From the IMG/VR virus record IMGVR_UViG_3300020577_006105: a stretch of 64,000 nucleotides of DNA. One strand, given 5' to 3'. The stretch comes from a virus (taxonomy: Duplodnaviria > Caudoviricetes). The translations under genes were made by a program, and so were the position numbers. Positions 19,678 through 31,558 of the stretch are shown here, in pieces. The notes beneath the pieces are model-generated. The model was not told the DNA's origin and searched no databases. It saw only the letters and a program-made list of their open reading frames with translations. How positions within the stretch are numbered: position 1 is the first letter of the stretch; the number at the start of each line of letters is the position of its first letter.

Positions 19678-22600
19678 CTAGAGCACAGTTACCTCGTCGC
19701 TTCTAACACTTGTTCCATAGTTTTGTCCGTCATATGGCGACACTATGAATGACAGCACTCGACCTGATGTGACCAGTTCGATTGGCAAGCTAACACCCAC
19801 ATACAACGATTCTTCCGAATCTTTGTTGTACCATGTAACAACACTTTCGTCATTGGTGCCATCAATGTCCTCAAATACATATTGAGCAGTGACAGTTGCG
19901 CCTGCCGGCACATAGTATTTGCCATCAATAGTGGTTTTCTGTGGCGAAGATACGTTAGCGCCAGTGACCCATGGTGGCGAGTTGTCTCCAAGCATAATTG
20001 AAGGCAATGAGTCCACTTCATCCCCATAACTGAACCCGTCATGTGGTGCAACCTTGACGTACCATCTATCCCCGTCCTTGAACAAGTCAAGTGTTCCTAT
20101 GTCAATCAATCGTTGTACGGTTCGGTTGTCATAATCCTCGCCGCCAACAAATCCATTGATTGCAGCAATTCGGACGAAATCATTATCATCAACCTCGCTG
20201 TAAATACCAGTGTCTTCTCCTGGGCGATACCTCCACCAACTTGTAGTGGTTTGTCTCTCCTTCGCATCATTTGGAGACAAATATTCGTACTCTATTGTTA
20301 GCCTTGTGTATGCGGTAGCATCATCACCTGGTGAAATCATTAGAGTGCCGTCGACAACCTGCGGTGGGTCTGGATTTTGATAACTAAATATGATACTGCG
20401 ATTTGTTCTTTGGGTGTAATAAACCCCAAATCGCTCAACATTTACACTGGTGTTGCTGTAATCCAATACTTCACAACCAACCCTAAATACGCCGGCATGC
20501 TGGATATACACAGTGACAATATCAGACACTTCACGTTCTTTCAAGAAGACAATAAGACCTTCTTCTGGAGACGTCCAATAACCACCGCGCTGAATATTTC
20601 CGTTCACTAATACAACCACTGTAGCGTCATACGGCCAACGACCGTTTACGGCATGGTATACACGATTGTCAGTTGTGGTTGTTGGTTCACCATCGTATAC
20701 ATATAGCTTTTGTGGGGTTATGATTGTTACTCTAACCTGTGTTCCTGCTGGCTGCTCGTCTCTGAAATACACAATACCTAGCGCATAATCGTATGTGTAA
20801 TATGGATTTTCTGGGTCATATCGCACCTCGACACCACCAATGTACACTTTAATGGTATCATCTGGTAACCAATTGGTTGGTTCTCCATTGCCGTCCAAAA
20901 CCTGATATGCGATATTGTCGACTGTTGATGTGTTTAGCAATTCTTGCACAATCTCGTCGCTAAATTGAATGCTTTGTTGTCTGTTTGGCAAACATCCTTT
21001 ACGGTTAGTGCGAACTGTCTCAAAATCTGCAAAATCAGTAGAATTGCCACGCACAATACCCCATGTGATTGAAGATGTTCTAGGGATATCTATGACAGGT
21101 GACAATAGATATTCAAACAGCATTCCATCAATATCGCGGGCCTCGGTCACAAGGTATTTTCTACCAGGTGTGACTTCTGTGTACGTGATACTATTGACTT
21201 GCGGTCTGATTGGCACTTCGTTGAATTCGTCCCAGCCATCAGACATTGACACGGTGAATTCCAGACCATAAACCAAGCAATCTACAGTTGAAGAAATACC
21301 ACTTTCGAGTGTAATCCAAGATGACCAATCAACTCTGTTTTGCGTAAAACGGTATTGAATTGAGCAGCTTGAACCTGGGTCTGCACTAAATCCAGCTTCC
21401 ACATTTCTAATCCAAGTAGATTCATCAAAATCAATCGACTTTGTCCAACTACTTGCAAAAATTGAATTGTCGCCAGTGTGCATCAATGTGCCCTCCACTG
21501 ATTCCCAATCGCCACCGGATGCACCTCGTTTGATAGTGGCATAGATGCCACCAGACTCATCACCCATGGTTTTCAGGTCTGTTTGCCTTTGTGATGTTTC
21601 GGTGCCCAATGCTATAATCTTGGTGCCATGCTGTGGCCAGCCGGCCACAGCACTTAATGCTACATTCTCGGCAGTTTGGCTGCCAGTATCATCACCGTCG
21701 CCAACAACAACAATGATTGGCATAAAGGTATTCGCCCATCGAGTGATGACATATTCTGAAACGTCTTCATAGTCTTTGATTGCGTTGATTTTGACTTCAT
21801 CAGAAGGGTCATCATATGGCCAATCAGAACGAGTTCCAACCGGTTCTGATTCGAACCATGTTACGATGTCATCGAGACGTAGTAATTGCTTGCTTGGGTC
21901 ATTAAGATACTCTACGACTTCTCCAACCAAAACACTCCAATCATCAGATTCCAAAATAGACTCTATGATAGCTTGAGGGAACATTGTAGTTGTTGCAAGT
22001 TGCGCGGCTTCATTCAGTGTTGATTTGGTGCCTCTTTCAAACAAGCCGCCAAGATAAATAGCTAACTGGTCTGGGTCATTGGTATACCCGCCTGTTCTGT
22101 CAATGATACTTGTCCCAAATGTGTACACTGAACCCCAAGATGGATAGTAGGTATCAGAATCAACTGTGATGTACTTGGTTCTTCTCCATATTTTATTCAT
22201 CAAAGAGGTCAATGAATCGCCTCTTGAACCATCGCCCAAATCATTATCCGGGTCACCCCAGTCCATACTTTGTGAGTCATCAATGACCCATGCGGCTGCG
22301 ATTTTGAAGTCGGTTGTTAGCGCGTTGCTGTCTGTGGCGATAAAACCACGGCCCTCGCCTTCTGACAAATCCACACTAACAACAGTTTCGGTGGCCTCTG
22401 GCTCAGGGTCAAAATGCACCCTAAAGAACAAATCAGCAATACCACCATTGTAACCATCAATAGTCGACCACGAACCATCATACTTAAACGCCTTACCGTC
22501 AGTGTATGGATTGTCCAATGTTGTTTTGTGCCACCTGAAGACCTTTGTGCCACCGGCTCCTGGGTCTGGCACCTCTTCGGCAACCAAAGCATAAGTGCTA

Positions 22601-25600
22601 GTGGAATCCGGCAACGTAAATGTGAATTCAGCAGACCAGAAATTTGGATACAGTACATCAGACGCAACAATATCAACGTTAGCAGTATCTAGAAGTGTGA
22701 CTGGTGCGCCATTCACATCGGTTGACCATATTGTGAATCTCAGATAGTTGTCAAGCAATGCCGTAGGATTGTCGTGCGTCTCTGGGTACTCTACAGACAG
22801 ATAAGCGGCCACTCTGATTACATCTGTTTGACCAGTCACAGGCTTAAATGTTTGCGCTATGTACTGTCCGTCAAACTCCTCTGATATTGAAACTGTTGGC
22901 CTTGTTTGTAAACACGCATTTACATTGTTGGGGTCTGGTCGATGCCAGGTGTCTCCGTCGTCGTCTGAGTAGAAAATACCGCTTTCTGTGGCAGCAATCA
23001 GGCATTGTCCATCGAACACCAAATCATAAACCGCTATATTGTCGTTGTTTATCCTTTCGCATCTATCATATGTGGTACCATCGTTGTACGAGCGATATAC
23101 ACCATAATCTGTGCCCACAAAAATCTTACTGAGTGGTTCGACACCATCAGCACAAGCACGTGTTGTTAGTGCATAGCAGTTGCACGTAATTCCGGCTAGA
23201 TTATGGCTTTCGGCATGAAAGTCAAGACCGCCGGCATCAGATGGGTCGCACCATCGCCAGTTCCTAACCTTGTAAACACCATTGCTGGTCAAGATGTGAA
23301 TGGGTATTGGTTGTTTTGCAGTGCTTCCATCACATGTTGGCCTAGGCAATCCTCTGAAAATACGATAGATTTTCACAGGGACTTGAATCGTATTGCCATC
23401 TGCATTGGTGTACGAAACCTCGAGTGGGTTGTCACCAAACATTTCACGACCGGTCAAAAACGCAGAATAAGTTCCCGAAGTAGCACCGTTGGTTACACCA
23501 AACAAACCATTTTCTGTACACAAATATAGTGCGTCGATTTCTTGTTGTTCGCCATTATCCTTAATGCGTATGAACTTGTTTTTCCACAAACCATAAACCT
23601 TGGTTTCTGCGACTGGCATAAACGGGTCAGACGTAAACTCGCTATCGCCAACAGTCCACACAAACGCTAATCCATCGCTTTTGCCAAACGCCTCAAATGT
23701 ACCATCAAACCAATCTCCACTGTCGTGTGCAAATATGTTTTGTGGATACAATGGATTGGCAGTCCACTCTCCGCCTATTCTTTGCCACAGTCCATTATTG
23801 GCCCCAATTGTAAGCGTACTTTCTCGACTTTTGATGAAGTACACTCTATTAGATTCGTCAAGTGCCGATTCCTTCTTCCATCGGGAGTCTTCATAAATCC
23901 AAACACCCTTGTCGGTACCAATTCGCATGCCTTCGCCGGTTTGGTCGACGTCATATAATGCGTAAATGCTTCTAGGGTTGTATGGAACGTCAAGTTCTGA
24001 AGGTTCAAGTTTGGAGCACACATTGGACGATGAACCAAGCGGGTCAAACGAATCAACCAATGAATTAAAGAAAAATGCTCCCTTGGGTCCACGGTCAGCA
24101 CTAAACCCAGGCCCAGGTGACCGCGAAAAATTGGTGTAAAAGTTAGCGTCCTTTTCCTCGGCTGTCATTGACATCTGAATAGTGTTGACGCCAATCAGCG
24201 AGTTCATGTGATATGTCTGATTGGAAGTAGCTTGACTTATGACATCTTCAATGCCGAGCACATTTGTGATTTCAACCAAATACACTTCTGTGAAATCTGC
24301 CGGGAATGTATTGGTGCCCTGTCTGTCATGTGCGAGATAAACCCGATTGTTGTCAGGGTCTACAACAACACTAACGCGTTCTTGGAACGAACGATATCTA
24401 AGTTCTAACAGGACAGCAGATGTTGGAACTGTGGTGCGGTCTTTGAGGATGATTTCAGTGCCAGCCACTGCGTTTCCAACCAATTCGTAAGCCAGTTTTG
24501 TCAGTGCGGTCAATCCAGCCACTGTAGCATTGAATAATTCTTCGTGCGGTGTGCTTCCTACATTCGAAATATATGCGCCGGCACGAATGATGGTCACCTT
24601 CACAACATCCTCAGAGCTCAATGTTGACGAGAAGCTAATTCGACCCTCATCTGGATACAGCGTGTATGGAATTTCTGCTACGCTATCATTGATGTACACA
24701 ACCACATCTGCATTCAGTGGATTCCATGGGCTAACGTAGTACTCTGTGTACACGCGCTCATATACATATGAAGTCCATGGTGTTTGTGCATCTACAAATG
24801 TGACAGCTTGCGTGTCTGCATCAACGGTGTAGTCCAAATCTGACAATCGCTCAAGTGTTGCAGTGTCGTATATTGTAACCGTATCGTACTGTGTGAATTG
24901 TTGAGAATTTCTTTTCCAGGTCTCGCAACTATCTGTTGACCTCCAAATACCTCGAGTAGAACCAACATAAATGCTTCCATCCGATGTTGACCACGCATAT
25001 ATTGGAGAGTCTTGTTCGCTGTTAGACCATGTTTTTGAGGTTACAGTTGGTGTTTCTAGGACATTATCGTCATCATATGTCAAAACCATGCTTCGGCATC
25101 TGTTGCTGCCCAACTTGGCCAAAACAAAAAACTGATTGCTTGTGTCTGCTTGTAAAACTGCTGAAGTAAACAGTTCTCCAGCACCATAAGCTATTCTGTA
25201 CCACAAATTGTTGTATGTGATATTGGAGCCATCTACACTGCATAGCCACCCAGAGCCATTCAGACTACCACCACCGTCAACTTGCACTCGAACTGTACTA
25301 AGTTGCGAACCAGCAACAAGGTTCAGGTTGGCACCATCAAATTCATAAACACCGTTTTCAGAGGCGTCTGATTGGTTTTTCACCAGAACTCGGTCGCCAA
25401 TACCGAGTGTATATCCGTCTACCGATGCCACAGCCGGCAAAGTTATGGCGTCGATGGTTGCAACCTGCACCTCAAACAACACAGTGCCAACGTCTGCCAG
25501 AGGGTGAGTCCACATATCTCGACCGCTGCCGTCTGGATTGGTTTCAACAATGTGTTCTCCAGAATGCGAAATATAGGTCGCATCATCCGTCCACCAAATC

Positions 25601-27768
25601 AACTGGTTCTGTGCGTTGCCGCTTCGTATCCAATAGAAACCCTTGACTTCTTCGGTGTTCAATCGGTCTCCGTTGATATAGAATCCATCATCGGCACCGA
25701 CATATACGGTTCGGTCTTGACTCTCGATTGAGCTACCATCCGCACTATAAGTGATATTCTTGGTGCAAATTTCTTGAATTGTGTACACTAAGTCTTCGGC
25801 ATATGCTTCTTTGCTCCAAACCCAATCATTACTAGCTGTTCCCTCTGGTATATTGGCTGTCCAAACACCGTGGTCTGTGGCCAGGTAGTATAGTGTTGAA
25901 TACTCAAAAACCTTAACTCCGCTATTGGTTTCACTTTGTGTCTTTTGTGTCGATACCCAGAAGTCAGTGGCACCAGATATAACATCTGCATCAATCGGCA
26001 TCCTGATAGCTGCCCAGCTTGCGCCCTGATTCTCGCTGACATATAGCTTTCCAAGTGTGTCTCGCCCCGGTTGTGTTATGAGATAAATTTCGTTGAAATG
26101 ATTTGTCTGAGACCCATCTTGCAATAGGTTGTCAATTGTCTTCTTGGGCCTTCCTCTGTCTGGATTCCATGTTGACAATAAAATACCAGACGATATGTCT
26201 GATGTCTGCATGAGACCACGTCTTGTGCTGAGCAAATATGGACTTTCGTCAATGTTCACTGTTAGGTATGCGTGATAAACCTCGGTTGCATGTTGTAATT
26301 CAGATGAAAGAATTTCTGGATAGTATCTGTAGTCATCACCAAGCTGGAATAATCTCTTCGTTGGCCGCAACTCTGCCACTTCTTGGTATCGAACTAATCC
26401 AACATGGTCTAGTTGTCTTATCCGCGTAGGGTCAAGTGTGCCTCTGGTTACTGTACTTGCATCAAGGTTCTCAAGCCGCTCTCCAGAAATGGTGTTTTCA
26501 ATCTCTTGACCAAGTTCTGTTAATACAAGCGTAAGGCTCTCTGATGTGTAAATACTTCCGTCAAGTGCTGGGTTGAAATTGATGCTACCGTCTTCTGGGG
26601 TGATTTCGTACAAATCACTGTCAACAAGCGCCTCATCCAAGAACACTTGTGCATCGCGATATAATCCACTATCCCAAGTAAAAATAACCTCGTGCTCTTG
26701 TCCGTTTTCATCTACTTCTGTACTGCCGTCTGTTATGTAGATGGGTCGCAATCTATCTGGGTTTAAGCCTTGATAGCTGTCGGTTATCAAGGAATCTTCG
26801 TGCATTCTCAGTGGGATTTGGTCAAACAATGGCATCACAATCGTGATGGCCGAGCCTGCAGGCAGACTGTTTTTCAGGAATATCCGTCTAGACGCCACGC
26901 TAATTGTGTAGTCATTTTCAGACAAAACCTCGTCATCAAGTCGCACAATAGGTATACCAAAGCCACCGTTGTTCCACTTGTCAAGATACTCATTAGGCAC
27001 CACAATACTGAGAATAGTTGAACCTGCTGGACCAACTGTCTCGAGTACGACATATGTGCTAAGTTGAATCTTGCTTGGGTGGTCAAAGCCACCAAGATGA
27101 ACGTGACGATAAAACGCCAAGTCAAGCGCTTCTTGAAGTGCTCCTTCTAGATTGCGCAATGCCTTTCTGCGCTCATCATATGTCACACTCAGGACAAAAC
27201 CCTCGCCAGGATACGACTCGTGCTCTGTGACCTCTACAGTCGCCAAATATGTAGCAGTGGCTCGTTCATCATGTTCGTACAGTCCGTCTTCTGGCACGGT
27301 AATATGACATCGTCCTTCTGACGCTAGGCACAAACCTGATTCTGCCCATACGTAAAACACTGTATCTGGTGTTTGGAATCTAAAATAGGCGTCTTGTACT
27401 GTTTCGGCCGCGAATACACCAACAATTCCAGTCCCTGAAGAAACCTTGACAATTTGTCCCCATGCCAACTCGTCCATCAATGACGGGCTGCCCAACAACT
27501 CATATACCTTTGCTAAATACGTTCCGGCCTCAGCATCAATCAATGAACTGCGCTCAGCAAGTTCATCACTGCCAATCGTATCTCCGCGCAAGTCGGATGG
27601 CATCATTGTGACTTCCCATTCGTCTAACACGCCTGGCCCCACAAATTGATACAGCGCACTGAATTGATTTTCAGTTGTGACCATGTTGCGCTCGTCGTAC
27701 CCTGGGTACCATACGTCGCGAAGCTCAGTGAGCGTGTAGAATCGGTAGATATCAGTGATTTTTGGCAT
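19678..27768 (-). CDS. giant (2696 aa) virion tail/baseplate-associated protein with BNR/Asp-box propellers and a vWA-like domain
   Basis: Asp-box motifs (SENQGASW, STDSCETW, SYNDGTTY, SDDDGDTW); MIDAS-like WVIDDSQSM...VGDG; tail-fibre motif DRVLVKNQSDASENGVY; N-terminus paralogous to 41059..44712. Confidence 0.7.
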   Translation of the reverse strand: MPKITDIYRFYTLTELRDVWYPGYDERNMVTTENQFSALYQFVGPGVLDEWEVTMMPSDLRGDTIGSDELAERSSLIDAEAGTYLAKVYELLGSPSLMDELAWGQIVKVSSGTGIVGVFAAETVQDAYFRFQTPDTVFYVWAESGLCLASEGRCHITVPEDGLYEHDERATATYLATVEVTEHESYPGEGFVLSVTYDERRKALRNLEGALQEALDLAFYRHVHLGGFDHPSKIQLSTYVVLETVGPAGSTILSIVVPNEYLDKWNNGGFGIPIVRLDDEVLSENDYTISVASRRIFLKNSLPAGSAITIVMPLFDQIPLRMHEDSLITDSYQGLNPDRLRPIYITDGSTEVDENGQEHEVIFTWDSGLYRDAQVFLDEALVDSDLYEITPEDGSINFNPALDGSIYTSESLTLVLTELGQEIENTISGERLENLDASTVTRGTLDPTRIRQLDHVGLVRYQEVAELRPTKRLFQLGDDYRYYPEILSSELQHATEVYHAYLTVNIDESPYLLSTRRGLMQTSDISSGILLSTWNPDRGRPKKTIDNLLQDGSQTNHFNEIYLITQPGRDTLGKLYVSENQGASWAAIRMPIDADVISGATDFWVSTQKTQSETNSGVKVFEYSTLYYLATDHGVWTANIPEGTASNDWVWSKEAYAEDLVYTIQEICTKNITYSADGSSIESQDRTVYVGADDGFYINGDRLNTEEVKGFYWIRSGNAQNQLIWWTDDATYISHSGEHIVETNPDGSGRDMWTHPLADVGTVLFEVQVATIDAITLPAVASVDGYTLGIGDRVLVKNQSDASENGVYEFDGANLNLVAGSQLSTVRVQVDGGGSLNGSGWLCSVDGSNITYNNLWYRIAYGAGELFTSAVLQADTSNQFFVLAKLGSNRCRSMVLTYDDDNVLETPTVTSKTWSNSEQDSPIYAWSTSDGSIYVGSTRGIWRSTDSCETWKRNSQQFTQYDTVTIYDTATLERLSDLDYTVDADTQAVTFVDAQTPWTSYVYERVYTEYYVSPWNPLNADVVVYINDSVAEIPYTLYPDEGRISFSSTLSSEDVVKVTIIRAGAYISNVGSTPHEELFNATVAGLTALTKLAYELVGNAVAGTEIILKDRTTVPTSAVLLELRYRSFQERVSVVVDPDNNRVYLAHDRQGTNTFPADFTEVYLVEITNVLGIEDVISQATSNQTYHMNSLIGVNTIQMSMTAEEKDANFYTNFSRSPGPGFSADRGPKGAFFFNSLVDSFDPLGSSSNVCSKLEPSELDVPYNPRSIYALYDVDQTGEGMRIGTDKGVWIYEDSRWKKESALDESNRVYFIKSRESTLTIGANNGLWQRIGGEWTANPLYPQNIFAHDSGDWFDGTFEAFGKSDGLAFVWTVGDSEFTSDPFMPVAETKVYGLWKNKFIRIKDNGEQQEIDALYLCTENGLFGVTNGATSGTYSAFLTGREMFGDNPLEVSYTNADGNTIQVPVKIYRIFRGLPRPTCDGSTAKQPIPIHILTSNGVYKVRNWRWCDPSDAGGLDFHAESHNLAGITCNCYALTTRACADGVEPLSKIFVGTDYGVYRSYNDGTTYDRCERINNDNIAVYDLVFDGQCLIAATESGIFYSDDDGDTWHRPDPNNVNACLQTRPTVSISEEFDGQYIAQTFKPVTGQTDVIRVAAYLSVEYPETHDNPTALLDNYLRFTIWSTDVNGAPVTLLDTANVDIVASDVLYPNFWSAEFTFTLPDSTSTYALVAEEVPDPGAGGTKVFRWHKTTLDNPYTDGKAFKYDGSWSTIDGYNGGIADLFFRVHFDPEPEATETVVSVDLSEGEGRGFIATDSNALTTDFKIAAAWVIDDSQSMDWGDPDNDLGDGSRGDSLTSLMNKIWRRTKYITVDSDTYYPSWGSVYTFGTSIIDRTGGYTNDPDQLAIYLGGLFERGTKSTLNEAAQLATTTMFPQAIIESILESDDWSVLVGEVVEYLNDPSKQLLRLDDIVTWFESEPVGTRSDWPYDDPSDEVKINAIKDYEDVSEYVITRWANTFMPIIVVVGDGDDTGSQTAENVALSAVAGWPQHGTKIIALGTETSQRQTDLKTMGDESGGIYATIKRGASGGDWESVEGTLMHTGDNSIFASSWTKSIDFDESTWIRNVEAGFSADPGSSCSIQYRFTQNRVDWSSWITLESGISSTVDCLVYGLEFTVSMSDGWDEFNEVPIRPQVNSITYTEVTPGRKYLVTEARDIDGMLFEYLLSPVIDIPRTSSITWGIVRGNSTDFADFETVRTNRKGCLPNRQQSIQFSDEIVQELLNTSTVDNIAYQVLDGNGEPTNWLPDDTIKVYIGGVEVRYDPENPYYTYDYALGIVYFRDEQPAGTQVRVTIITPQKLYVYDGEPTTTTDNRVYHAVNGRWPYDATVVVLVNGNIQRGGYWTSPEEGLIVFLKEREVSDIVTVYIQHAGVFRVGCEVLDYSNTSVNVERFGVYYTQRTNRSIIFSYQNPDPPQVVDGTLMISPGDDATAYTRLTIEYEYLSPNDAKERQTTTSWWRYRPGEDTGIYSEVDDNDFVRIAAINGFVGGEDYDNRTVQRLIDIGTLDLFKDGDRWYVKVAPHDGFSYGDEVDSLPSIMLGDNSPPWVTGANVSSPQKTTIDGKYYVPAGATVTAQYVFEDIDGTNDESVVTWYNKDSEESLYVGVSLPIELVTSGRVLSFIVSPYDGQNYGTSVRSDEVTVL

Positions 27769-27797
27769 GGTCAGCTAAAGTATTTGTACAGACCACA

Positions 27798-30700
27798 TCA
27801 CATGAAGTTCATGTCTTCATCGCCGGCATCCAAAATCACACCAAATTCATCAACTACTGCTGGGTTGATTGAATCTATAGACACAATCATAATGCCAAAA
27901 CGAATCTTTGATGATGTAGTTGGCAACGCAAAGATTCTATTTGGTGTAATCTCCTCGTACTGTGCAAAATCAAATGTTGCTCCTTCTTCGTCGCTTGTTG
28001 TGTATCCGTATTTGATGATTCCGCCGTTTGGAAGACTGTTGGCTGTCAAAATACCCCTGCGGAATTCTGGTGCCGGCACGGTCGCGCTATAGTTTGAAGT
28101 ATCAAACATGGTTGTGAAGAAGTACGATGCATCTGCTTCCAAATAGCTTAGTGTAACAGCGTGTACCACAGGAGACACATTCTGTTGCGCAGTGATAAGT
28201 TCGAGTTTGAATTGCAACCACTTTTTCTGCTCAATTGGTTCAAGATTAAACTCATCTACCAACGCAGTGTCTACATATCCAGAATCCGTTTCTGGTGGGA
28301 TAGTTGACCGAGTATATGCCTCACCCCAGTCTGCCGCCAGGAGTTCGTCTCGAGTGTCGCCTGTTCTAACGTACAGATTGACCTCTACACCCTGCTCAAG
28401 CCCAGCGACCTGCTCAGTCCCCGCCGATAGCGTTGCGGCGAATGAAATCATATCCCATCTGGTCAACGCTGCGACATAGAATGGTACAGACTCGTATCGA
28501 CCACTGATTCTTAGTCTTCGGTCAGGCGCGTATAGCGCACCGTTTTGTTGAGGTGTAAACGTGGCGACAATCTGCTTATCTGTGGTGACTTGATAGATTT
28601 TGCCACTCGATACAATCTCATCCCCGCGTCTCTCTGTGTCCTCAAGAATGAAATCGTTGGTAAGTACGGTTGAGGCAGTAATGTTGCCTGCCACATCTTG
28701 GAACCTTGCATACACACGTCGAACTCGTGATGATATTGGACTTGTATCAAGAGAGTGCAACCTGCCGTCACTTCCCGCATAAATGTACGCATTGCTGAAC
28801 TCGCACACATCATAAAGTGTTGCCCTTGAGTCAACAACATTATCCAAGAATAGATTTTCAGCAGGTACGGTGGTCTTGGTTATGTTTGCGCTTGCCCATT
28901 TGAAGTGAATATCAAAATCACCAGTAGACCGGTATACCTCAACTCGAATCGGGACCATTTGGCCAGCAATTAACTCATATGTGGCTGATTTTTCACCAAG
29001 AGATGGTGTATCCCAGTTGTCTATGAGCAATTCACCACCAGTCCAATCATCACCGTCAAGTTCACCACCAATATAGACTCTGAAACCCTCTGCACCATCG
29101 GCATAGATGGTATATGTATCAGTGAAGTCTGCACGCATATATCCAGTCCAACATGCATTCTGATATGTCGTGTTAATTGATGGGGTTAATGTTGCCGCAT
29201 ACGTCAAGATATCATCTTGGTCGACTACATATTCTGTTACAGTCGCTTGCTCTAAACCGCCTGGCAAGTACTGTGTGTCTTTGTAATTGCTAACATCGCT
29301 CTCAGTGTAGACAGCAGTCACACCATCGCTGTAGATTGCCGGTCCCTCAATAGATGAATATGTTTGTTCTGGCACATAGTAAACCTGCAGTCCTATGTCT
29401 GTAACAAACCAAACAAAATTGCCGTCTGAACTGGCTTTAATTTGATAGTATTGCTCTGCGTCACTGGTTTGCGGTGGAATGTCCCATTGTGTGGCAGTAC
29501 CAGTGTTGTCAAATGACAATGTGTGAATTATGCCACCAGACATACCGGCCCAAAGAACGCCAGCTCCATACCCCATTGCATCAACTCTGTCAGTGCTAGT
29601 GTCTCGAGACGGAGTCCATGCAATGCCGTCATACAGATAGATAACACCACCGCTTGTGTTGGTATCATCACTCAGGCCTACAAATAGATACTTGGATGTT
29701 GACGCCATACAACTGACGTATTTGCCAGAAAAGCTCTTGGCGTTGGTCGTGCTTGTGCCGTCATAAGAGTATACATACGATATATCGTCGCCGTCTCTGG
29801 ATGTACCAATCCACAATACCCCACCAAATGATTGCAAAGCAGTGATTCCTGGTAGCGATGTGGACGGATTGATGTGTGTGTACGACGAGCCGTTGGATGT
29901 TCGGTAAACGCGGCCGTCACTAAGGCCAATATAGACATCATCGCGATGTGTGGTAATCGCTTGGATATTTCCACTGAATGTTTGAGACAATGACATGCCA
30001 TCTGTGCTCGACCAGGTGTATGCTTGCGTGGTTGTAAATGCTATCAGCGTGGTGCCCATAGATGTTACAAACTTAATCGAGCTACTGAGTTTGCCTCTTT
30101 GGTGCATCCACAAACGATTAACATTTACTAGTTCCCAATCTACCAAAGAAACACCGTCTGTGTAATCAAACCAACCATCGGCACCAGCAGTAGAGAAATC
30201 CGCGGCATCTCTGAAGTCTGAAAAGTGTGAGATTTGCGCTCTGCTAACGTGACTTACATCATCATAAGCGGCAAATGTGAGTTCACCAGAACCAGTTGCC
30301 GCATACACATTTCCACCGTGTCGAACTCGAACTCCGGCTGTTTTGACCGCGTTGGCAAAATTGACAGTGTAGTACTCTTTTGTAATGTCGTTGGCTATGC
30401 CATAAAATACTGGCGACCATTGGTCTGTGGGTTTCATCCTGGCATCAATCAAGACTGCCTTTGGAACCGTGCTGACACAGCAATATTTGACACCTTTTAC
30501 TTCTGGATATTCAGATTCTGTTTTTGGTAATGATTTGCTAATTGCGTGTATGTTACCAGTGCCTATGATTTCATAAAGACTCTCATCATCGGCACCGGCA
30601 AGCTCTCCGGCTTTCCTTACTGGCCTGCCTGCTATGTTCTCAAGATAGTTTGTGCCAGCAATTGCATCACCACTAGAGTCAACTGCCTCAAACAGATGCA

Positions 30701-31523
30701 CCTTGATACCACCCGACGCTGCGTCTTCATTGAGAATCACTTGACCATACGGCGCAACTGTATCCAGCAAAACTGTGGTGTATGGAAAACCTCTTCGATA
30801 TTCAAGTAACCTCGCATCAATGTTGATTGTTGCGGCATCCGGACCAAATGGTTCATCACTCAATCCACCAAGTATTTCTAGCAGACTATATGAGTAGCCT
30901 GGTGTCATGTTAAGTGCGTTAAGCAAGTAGAAGGACGACAGGTAATTGGCTGGACCGGCAGTGTCTGTAACAGAACCAGCACTGACAGTGTTGATGTATG
31001 TTACTTCAACAATATCACCGAACCTAACTGGACTACTTAGCGTTAGCCTAACAGTTCTAAGGTCGTAATAGTCAGAAGCACCTCTTCTGACAGCAGATGT
31101 AACACCCCTTAGAATACCATTGACCAGAACATAAAAGTCTGTGATGCTGACGGCCGGCAGAATACCACCAGGTGTGTACATCTGGTTTATGGTGACGTCT
31201 ACAATGCTTGCATTAGCTATTGCTCCAACCGCGCCAAGAAAACCCGCAGGGGTTTGAACTCCGCCGCTTGGCGCCATGGTTTCTGCAAATTGTGCTAATA
31301 CTGATTGGCTGTAGGATTCGAATGCCGTGAAATCATCTATTCCACTTAGTGTGATTGACAAACTTGGCACATCAGAAGACAGATTTTCGTCAGACAACCC
31401 ATCTGCTGGTATTGAGTCAGCAGCCATCGACCCATGCGCTGGATATGAAATACCATGTGCATAAGTGTTCGCAGGCAATGAACCTGGGTCTATAGGTTGT
31501 GGTTCGTAATCGTCTTGAGGCAT
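27798..31523 (-). CDS. large virion protein with beta-propeller and PA14-like domain
   Basis: PA14-like WTGYMRADFTDTYTIYADGAEGFRVYIG...LIDNW...PIRVEVY; propeller repeats (LWIGT, LFVGL, LWAGM); Ig-like RRVYARFQDVAGNI. Confidence 0.7.
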   Translation of the reverse strand: MPQDDYEPQPIDPGSLPANTYAHGISYPAHGSMAADSIPADGLSDENLSSDVPSLSITLSGIDDFTAFESYSQSVLAQFAETMAPSGGVQTPAGFLGAVGAIANASIVDVTINQMYTPGGILPAVSITDFYVLVNGILRGVTSAVRRGASDYYDLRTVRLTLSSPVRFGDIVEVTYINTVSAGSVTDTAGPANYLSSFYLLNALNMTPGYSYSLLEILGGLSDEPFGPDAATINIDARLLEYRRGFPYTTVLLDTVAPYGQVILNEDAASGGIKVHLFEAVDSSGDAIAGTNYLENIAGRPVRKAGELAGADDESLYEIIGTGNIHAISKSLPKTESEYPEVKGVKYCCVSTVPKAVLIDARMKPTDQWSPVFYGIANDITKEYYTVNFANAVKTAGVRVRHGGNVYAATGSGELTFAAYDDVSHVSRAQISHFSDFRDAADFSTAGADGWFDYTDGVSLVDWELVNVNRLWMHQRGKLSSSIKFVTSMGTTLIAFTTTQAYTWSSTDGMSLSQTFSGNIQAITTHRDDVYIGLSDGRVYRTSNGSSYTHINPSTSLPGITALQSFGGVLWIGTSRDGDDISYVYSYDGTSTTNAKSFSGKYVSCMASTSKYLFVGLSDDTNTSGGVIYLYDGIAWTPSRDTSTDRVDAMGYGAGVLWAGMSGGIIHTLSFDNTGTATQWDIPPQTSDAEQYYQIKASSDGNFVWFVTDIGLQVYYVPEQTYSSIEGPAIYSDGVTAVYTESDVSNYKDTQYLPGGLEQATVTEYVVDQDDILTYAATLTPSINTTYQNACWTGYMRADFTDTYTIYADGAEGFRVYIGGELDGDDWTGGELLIDNWDTPSLGEKSATYELIAGQMVPIRVEVYRSTGDFDIHFKWASANITKTTVPAENLFLDNVVDSRATLYDVCEFSNAYIYAGSDGRLHSLDTSPISSRVRRVYARFQDVAGNITASTVLTNDFILEDTERRGDEIVSSGKIYQVTTDKQIVATFTPQQNGALYAPDRRLRISGRYESVPFYVAALTRWDMISFAATLSAGTEQVAGLEQGVEVNLYVRTGDTRDELLAADWGEAYTRSTIPPETDSGYVDTALVDEFNLEPIEQKKWLQFKLELITAQQNVSPVVHAVTLSYLEADASYFFTTMFDTSNYSATVPAPEFRRGILTANSLPNGGIIKYGYTTSDEEGATFDFAQYEEITPNRIFALPTTSSKIRFGIMIVSIDSINPAVVDEFGVILDAGDEDMNFM

Positions 31524-31558
31524 AGCGTCTGTCCGTTGGATTTAACCCTTGGGTTAAT